From contig CAXXHO010000003.1 in NCBI GenBank assembly GCA_963667725.2, positions 1,344,001-1,408,000 of the forward strand: a stretch of 64,000 nucleotides of DNA, read 5' to 3'. Numbering within the stretch: the stretch's first letter is position 1; every line of letters begins with the position of its first letter. The notes under the pieces were generated by a model. The model ran no database searches, was not told where the DNA came from, and saw only the letters and a list, made by a program, of their open reading frames with translations. Positions 59,424-64,000 of this stretch are shown one piece after another. Both the position numbers and the translations under genes were made by a program. This DNA comes from Treponemataceae bacterium (GTDB lineage: Bacteria > Spirochaetota > Spirochaetia > Treponematales > Rectinemataceae).

Positions 59424-60347
59424 CTATCGGTGAGTTCTGGGGTCGGATGCGTCGGCAAAAAGCTGACCGACCACGTAGAATGAAATCGTGACGAGTCCCA
59501 TCACGATGCCGGGAAACAGGATCATATGGGGATAGGTGTCGACGAAGGACCAGTAGACGTCGATCATCCTGCCCAGGGAGGGATAGGTCGAGGGAAGACC
59601 GATGCCGAGGTAGGAGAGCACCGTTTCCGTGTTGATGAGTCCTGGAATCTCCTGATAGACGAGGGTGGCGATCACCGAAACCATATAAGGCAGAATGTTG
59701 CGGGTAACCATTCTCTTTAATGGGGTTCCGAGACAGCGGGACGCGAGGTTGTATTCCCTGTCGCGGATGATCATGACCTGGGTTCGGATGAAGAAGGCTA
59801 TGCCCAGCCAGCCCGTGATGGTCATGGCCAGCACCATCTGCCAGAAGCCCCTGCCGAATATGTACATGAGCATCATCGAGCGGAGGATGGCAGGGACGTT
59901 GGAGATTATGTTGTACAAGGCCAGCAGTATGGGATCCAGACGTTTGGAGTAGCCCCAGACAGCCCCGACGAGGATGCCCAGGCCGATGTTGATGGATGCG
60001 GCGATGAAGGCGATGGAGAGGGACATTCTCGTGCCCGACCAGACGACGTCCCAAAGGTCGTTGCCGGTATCGTCTGTCCCGAACCAATGTTCCGAGGAGG
60101 GTTTCTGGTACCAGGTGGAGGGGTTGTTGATGTTGGGCGTCACCGCGGGATCGTAGCCGGATACGAGGGGCTGGACGAAGGACATCAACGTCAGGCTCAA
60201 GAGGAGGGCAAGCCAGAAAATGGCCGTCCTACGCTTGAAGAAAGTCTGGAAAACCGATTTCCAGTAGGAATAGCGTGGACCGGCTATGCGTTCGGACTGG
60301 AGAACATCGAAGGTCGCGAAGGCGAATCTTTCAGCTGTGTTGGCCAT
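59424..60347 (-). CDS. oppC: oligopeptide ABC permease (AmiD-like)
   Basis: YSYWKSVF, HWFGTD, REYNLASRCLG, LSYLGIGL. Confidence 0.93.
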   Translation of the reverse strand: MANTAERFAFATFDVLQSERIAGPRYSYWKSVFQTFFKRRTAIFWLALLLSLTLMSFVQPLVSGYDPAVTPNINNPSTWYQKPSSEHWFGTDDTGNDLWDVVWSGTRMSLSIAFIAASINIGLGILVGAVWGYSKRLDPILLALYNIISNVPAILRSMMLMYIFGRGFWQMVLAMTITGWLGIAFFIRTQVMIIRDREYNLASRCLGTPLKRMVTRNILPYMVSVIATLVYQEIPGLINTETVLSYLGIGLPSTYPSLGRMIDVYWSFVDTYPHMILFPGIVMGLVTISFYVVGQLFADASDPRTHR

Positions 60348-60350
60348 GGT

Positions 60351-61856
60351 TTACCTCGCTTCCTTTTTGACTGCCAGGCTGATGCGTGGATCCACCAAGG
60401 TGACCAGTATGTCGCCCATAAAGATGGCGAAGATCGATATCACGGTGAAGATGAAGGTCAACGCGATGATCATGGCGTTGTTGTAATCGGAAATGGAACT
60501 GGGGAACATTTTCCCCATGCCCGGAACGGCATAGAAGCTTTCGGTGATGAGGGCGCCGGCCAGCGTGCCGATGACCGCCATCGGTATGGAATGGACGACG
60601 GGAATCAGGGCGTTCCTTATGATGTGCTTGAAGAACACTTCGCTTTGGGAGAGCCCTTTCGACCTGGAGAATTTGACGTAATCCGAATTCATCTGATCCA
60701 CCATGTAGCGTCTGATCCAGAGCGCCTCGCCGGCGATGCCGCCAAGCGAGAGCGATATGGTCGGAAGAATGTACGACAGGAAGTTATGCGATCCAAGGAA
60801 GGGAAACTTGTCGGGAAACCCGAGCACCTTCATCCCGAAACGCGCGAAAAGCGCTATGTACAGCAGGGTTGGAATGGAGCTGATGAATACGATATAGGCC
60901 ATGGTGACCTTGTCGAAGATCTTGTCCTTGCGCATGGCGGAGATCACGCCGATCGTCAGGCCGATGCCGAGGGAGATGATGAGGGCGTACATGCCTATCT
61001 TGAAGCTGATCCCCAGCATCGAGGGATCTTCCGTGATGACGTTGCCGTCGGCGTAGTTGTCCTCGAACTTGTTCATGTCCAGCCTGTCCAGGATGGGTTT
61101 GTACTTAAGGCTGTGCTCGTCGAGCGAGGAATAGAAGGTGATTTCCTCTCCCCGCACCGTCGTCGTGATCTCCCTTCTGGAGGATCGTCCCTGGCCCGAG
61201 CCTATCACCTCGAGAACGGGCATGCCGTCGAAGGTCGGATAAGATTTGCCCATGTTGAGCTTGATCATGTTCTGGTGGATGAAGGGGAAGGAACCGTCTA
61301 CCCATATCTGATATTTGTAGCGGGTGCCCGACGCGGCAAGGGCCAGTCTGCCGCTCCAGTCTTTCGTGAAATAGTAGCCGCGCTTCATGTCGGGGTTGGT
61401 TGGATCCTGGATTCGGTTCGGCGTATCGACCTGTATCAGGTTCTTGTACCAGAGCAATACGCGTGAAAACAGCGGAACATCCTTGCTCGCGTATAAATAT
61501 CCAGTCCCCGGCTGGGTTTCAACCAAATAACCTTTCGAGGAAAAATCGGCGCGGAATTTTTCATAAAAAGAATTTCCGGCGAGGAGGGATTCGCTGACCT
61601 GGGGCGAATCGTTGCCAAAGGACGCCTGTGCGTATTCTTTCTGCGTCACGTAATCGATATACCCAAGATACTCCCACGTACGATACTTATAGTCGTGGTA
61701 TTCGTCCGGCTTATTCGCCAGCTTGGGCAGTATCAAGTCACCCTTGAACACGAGCTGCCGAGGTACGCAGGAATAAACCAGGAAAACGGTCAGGGTAGAT
61801 ACGATGAACACAGAGAGTATCGACTGCAAAATTCTCTTGAGAACATACCCTTTCAT
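60351..61856 (-). CDS. oppB: oligopeptide ABC permease with a large extracytoplasmic loop (AmiC-like)
   Basis: RRYMVDQ.NSDYVKF.R.KGL, HI.RNA, G..ITE.....PGMG, DPRI. Confidence 0.92.
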   Translation of the reverse strand: MKGYVLKRILQSILSVFIVSTLTVFLVYSCVPRQLVFKGDLILPKLANKPDEYHDYKYRTWEYLGYIDYVTQKEYAQASFGNDSPQVSESLLAGNSFYEKFRADFSSKGYLVETQPGTGYLYASKDVPLFSRVLLWYKNLIQVDTPNRIQDPTNPDMKRGYYFTKDWSGRLALAASGTRYKYQIWVDGSFPFIHQNMIKLNMGKSYPTFDGMPVLEVIGSGQGRSSRREITTTVRGEEITFYSSLDEHSLKYKPILDRLDMNKFEDNYADGNVITEDPSMLGISFKIGMYALIISLGIGLTIGVISAMRKDKIFDKVTMAYIVFISSIPTLLYIALFARFGMKVLGFPDKFPFLGSHNFLSYILPTISLSLGGIAGEALWIRRYMVDQMNSDYVKFSRSKGLSQSEVFFKHIIRNALIPVVHSIPMAVIGTLAGALITESFYAVPGMGKMFPSSISDYNNAMIIALTFIFTVISIFAIFMGDILVTLVDPRISLAVKKEAR

Positions 61857-62109
61857 GAAACCCCGCAATCTGACCATCACGCGTTAATATAAGGACAGCC
61901 GGCTCCATCTAGTTTTACGCGATGAAGATGCCGTAATTGCGTGCGATGATCGAAAATTGATATTCTCCATCTGTTCCCTATGGAGCGTTCTTATTCGGAA
62001 ATTTCATTATATATGATGTCTGCCCTAAAACGCAATAAAGTCAAAAACCGCGGGCCGAAACGTTTGCATGCATTTTTATGAATACAATTCCGTAAAATAT
62101 CTATTTTAT

Positions 62110-62149
62110 AAAAATGGGGCTGTCCGCAAAGCACTTCGCGGACAGCCCC
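62110..62149 (-). terminator. terminator after oppA
   Basis: GGGGCTGTCCGC...GCGGACAGCCCC with a T-run on the minus strand. Confidence 0.78.
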
Positions 62150-62186
62150 AAAGGATCGGACGCGCCTTGCGCGCGCCTGTCGTGAT

Positions 62187-63998
62187 TTATTTTTTGGCGC
62201 TGAGCTTTTTATATTCGGCCGCTCTTTCCTTCTCCCAATTGGCCTTGATCTTGTCGCGTTCGGCCAGGGTGATGACCTTGTCGCCGACGATCATGCCCTT
62301 GAACTTATACTCGTCGTTGCCGTAGGCGGCGAAGGGAATAGTGTAGGGAACGATCCTCGTGACGGCGAAACCGCCGCCGTAGGACATATAGGGAAGAGCG
62401 ATGGCGTCGTCGAGGATCTGGGCTTCCGCTTCGGCGAAGAGCTTGAAGCGTTTGACCTGATCATTGTAGACGTTGTTGCCGGCTTCGACTTTCTTCGCGT
62501 ATTCATAGAGACCAACCGCCGTGGCGGCTTTGTAGTCGCTGGACTTGGGATCGGAGGTGGCATCGAGACCGATCTGAATGAGTACGGCGCCGATTTCGGG
62601 TTCGAGTGTCTGGAGGAAGGTGTAGGGATCTCCAAAGTCTGGACCCCAGCCGGTGTAACCACCGATGTCGTAGTTGGACTGAGAACCGGATTCGGCGTAG
62701 TAGGTGGAGGCATCGGCGTTGTCGGTGTCCATCTCGACGACGTTGACGATGAGGGTGTCTGTTCCGAAAACTGCCTCGAGGTTGGCTTTCATCGACCTAT
62801 CGCCCCTCAATCCCTTGGTGTAGGAAATATCGGTAGCGGTATCGAGCTGGATGGGGAACTTCACGCCCTTGGCGGTGAGTTCGGCCTTAGCCTTGGCCAT
62901 ATAGGCCTTCGCCTTGGTCGGATTGAAGTAGGGATCCTGGGCGTCGTCGATTTTGAAGGAGGCCGGGAAGTCGGCGGGATTCCGCGCCTTCAGGGCATCT
63001 TCGACATATTTGGTATAGTCTTTTCCGGCCTTGTCTTTGCTGAGTTCGGTGCCGGTGTATGAGTTGCGGATAGCCGCGAGCTTGTTCACGTCGCCGTTGC
63101 GCTGCGCGAGAATCGTCGGCCTGTCGATGCCGAAGAAAATGGCCTTCCTGAAGTTTCTGTTCAGGATAGCTTTCTGGGTGTCGGCCTGTTCCTTCTCGCT
63201 CTTGGGGGTCTTGCCTTTGGTGGGGTCGGCCGGGGAGGCGAAGGCGTTGCGGTCATAGTTGAAGGCGTAGAGGAAGGTGGTGGAATCCTGCCTGGCTCTG
63301 TAGATGTTTTCCTTATATTTGGCCTGGGCGCGGGCGAAAAGGGCTTCGTTGTCCGTATTCACCTGGGCGGAGGCGTAGATGCCGGCGTCGAAATTGTTGA
63401 AACGGGAATCGGGATCCTTGCCGTCGTCATAGACGAGTTTGATGTGCTGGACGGTTACGTGGGCCTTGTCCCAGTAGCTGGGATTGGCATCGTATTCCAT
63501 GACGGATTTGGAGGTGAAGTTGGAAAGGACATAGGCTCCGTTGTAGAGGATGCCGTTCTTGTCCACCTTGCCGAAATCCTTGTCCTTGGCTTTGAGGAAC
63601 TCGCCGTTGACAGGCATGTAGGGATTGTAGGTAAGCATGGTATCGAAATAGGGGATCGGCTTATCCAGAGTGTACTCAAGAACATAATCGCTCTTGGCCT
63701 TGACGCCGACCTGGGCGAAATCGGTGATGGTGCCGGCCAGGTACTTGTCGGCATTCTTCACGAATCCCGAGATAAGGTAGGTGAGGGTGCTCTTTTTATC
63801 GAGCATGAATTTCATGGCGTCCACCCAGTCCTGAGCCTTGACGTCGGCATAGACTTCGAGGTCGCCCGTCACCCATTTGACGCCTTTGCGGATATTGAAA
63901 GTCCAGACCGTGGCGTCGGCGTTGGAAGAATAGCTTTCGGCCAGTGCCGGTCTGAGGATGCCGTATTTGTCGTGTTCGAGGAGACAATCAACGAAATT
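62187..63998 (-). CDS. oppA: oligopeptide-binding protein (AmiA-like), 5' end outside the window
   Basis: Frame open to the window end: NFVDCLLEHDKYG.L.PALA...WTFNIRKGVKW; ILYNGAY, GWGPDFGDP.TFL. Confidence 0.92.
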   Translation of the reverse strand, partial: NFVDCLLEHDKYGILRPALAESYSSNADATVWTFNIRKGVKWVTGDLEVYADVKAQDWVDAMKFMLDKKSTLTYLISGFVKNADKYLAGTITDFAQVGVKAKSDYVLEYTLDKPIPYFDTMLTYNPYMPVNGEFLKAKDKDFGKVDKNGILYNGAYVLSNFTSKSVMEYDANPSYWDKAHVTVQHIKLVYDDGKDPDSRFNNFDAGIYASAQVNTDNEALFARAQAKYKENIYRARQDSTTFLYAFNYDRNAFASPADPTKGKTPKSEKEQADTQKAILNRNFRKAIFFGIDRPTILAQRNGDVNKLAAIRNSYTGTELSKDKAGKDYTKYVEDALKARNPADFPASFKIDDAQDPYFNPTKAKAYMAKAKAELTAKGVKFPIQLDTATDISYTKGLRGDRSMKANLEAVFGTDTLIVNVVEMDTDNADASTYYAESGSQSNYDIGGYTGWGPDFGDPYTFLQTLEPEIGAVLIQIGLDATSDPKSSDYKAATAVGLYEYAKKVEAGNNVYNDQVKRFKLFAEAEAQILDDAIALPYMSYGGGFAVTRIVPYTIPFAAYGNDEYKFKGMIVGDKVITLAERDKIKANWEKERAAEYKKLSAKK

Positions 63999-64000
63999 GA

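Noticed and set aside
62056..62068. AAACGTTT as a possible LacI operator upstream of oppB
   Set aside because: Only an 8-bp core and no second copy near the lacI gene; chance is likely
1..64000. CRISPR arrays, rRNA, prophage genes, transposases, riboswitches
   Set aside because: None recognised by eye; a covariance-model scan would be needed to exclude small RNAs in 35519-36062 and 61857-62186

Overview
GC-rich bacterial chromosome segment, most likely from a Treponema-related spirochaete (Spirochaetia). The assignment is inferred from rplM-rpsI-recX synteny, a lone groES, a long spirochaete-type thymidine kinase, a short SMC, an HTH-EIIA fusion and a Ter/FabV enoyl reductase. The backbone is housekeeping: mnmA 3' end, tmRNA, LOG, pncA/pncB, pyrK/pyrD, tdk, alaX, smc, an RNase II-family nuclease, typA, ftsH, fabH-fabF-fabZ-fabV-rsmE, pepF and an Ami/Opp transporter. 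One visibly AT-richer accessory block (~29.7-42.0 kb) abuts the 3' end of tRNA-Arg(CCT). It carries (i) a LIV-type ABC operon ending in an internally duplicated ATC-hydrolase-like protein with one Cys-bearing and one Cys-less half, (ii) a SorC/DeoR sugar locus collapsed by a deletion that fuses two convergent genes back to back, with a shared bipartite operator still readable at both promoters, and (iii) a PAS-PAS-degenerate GGDEF-EAL protein. Other notable points: a class III cyclase with a broken catalytic motif fused to 2TM repeats and a coiled coil, an SMC with no recognisable canonical hinge, an SprT-like/HTH protein, and several apparently leaderless genes. No CRISPR array, integrase or transposase was seen. 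All assignments are by eye from motifs; no searches were run.
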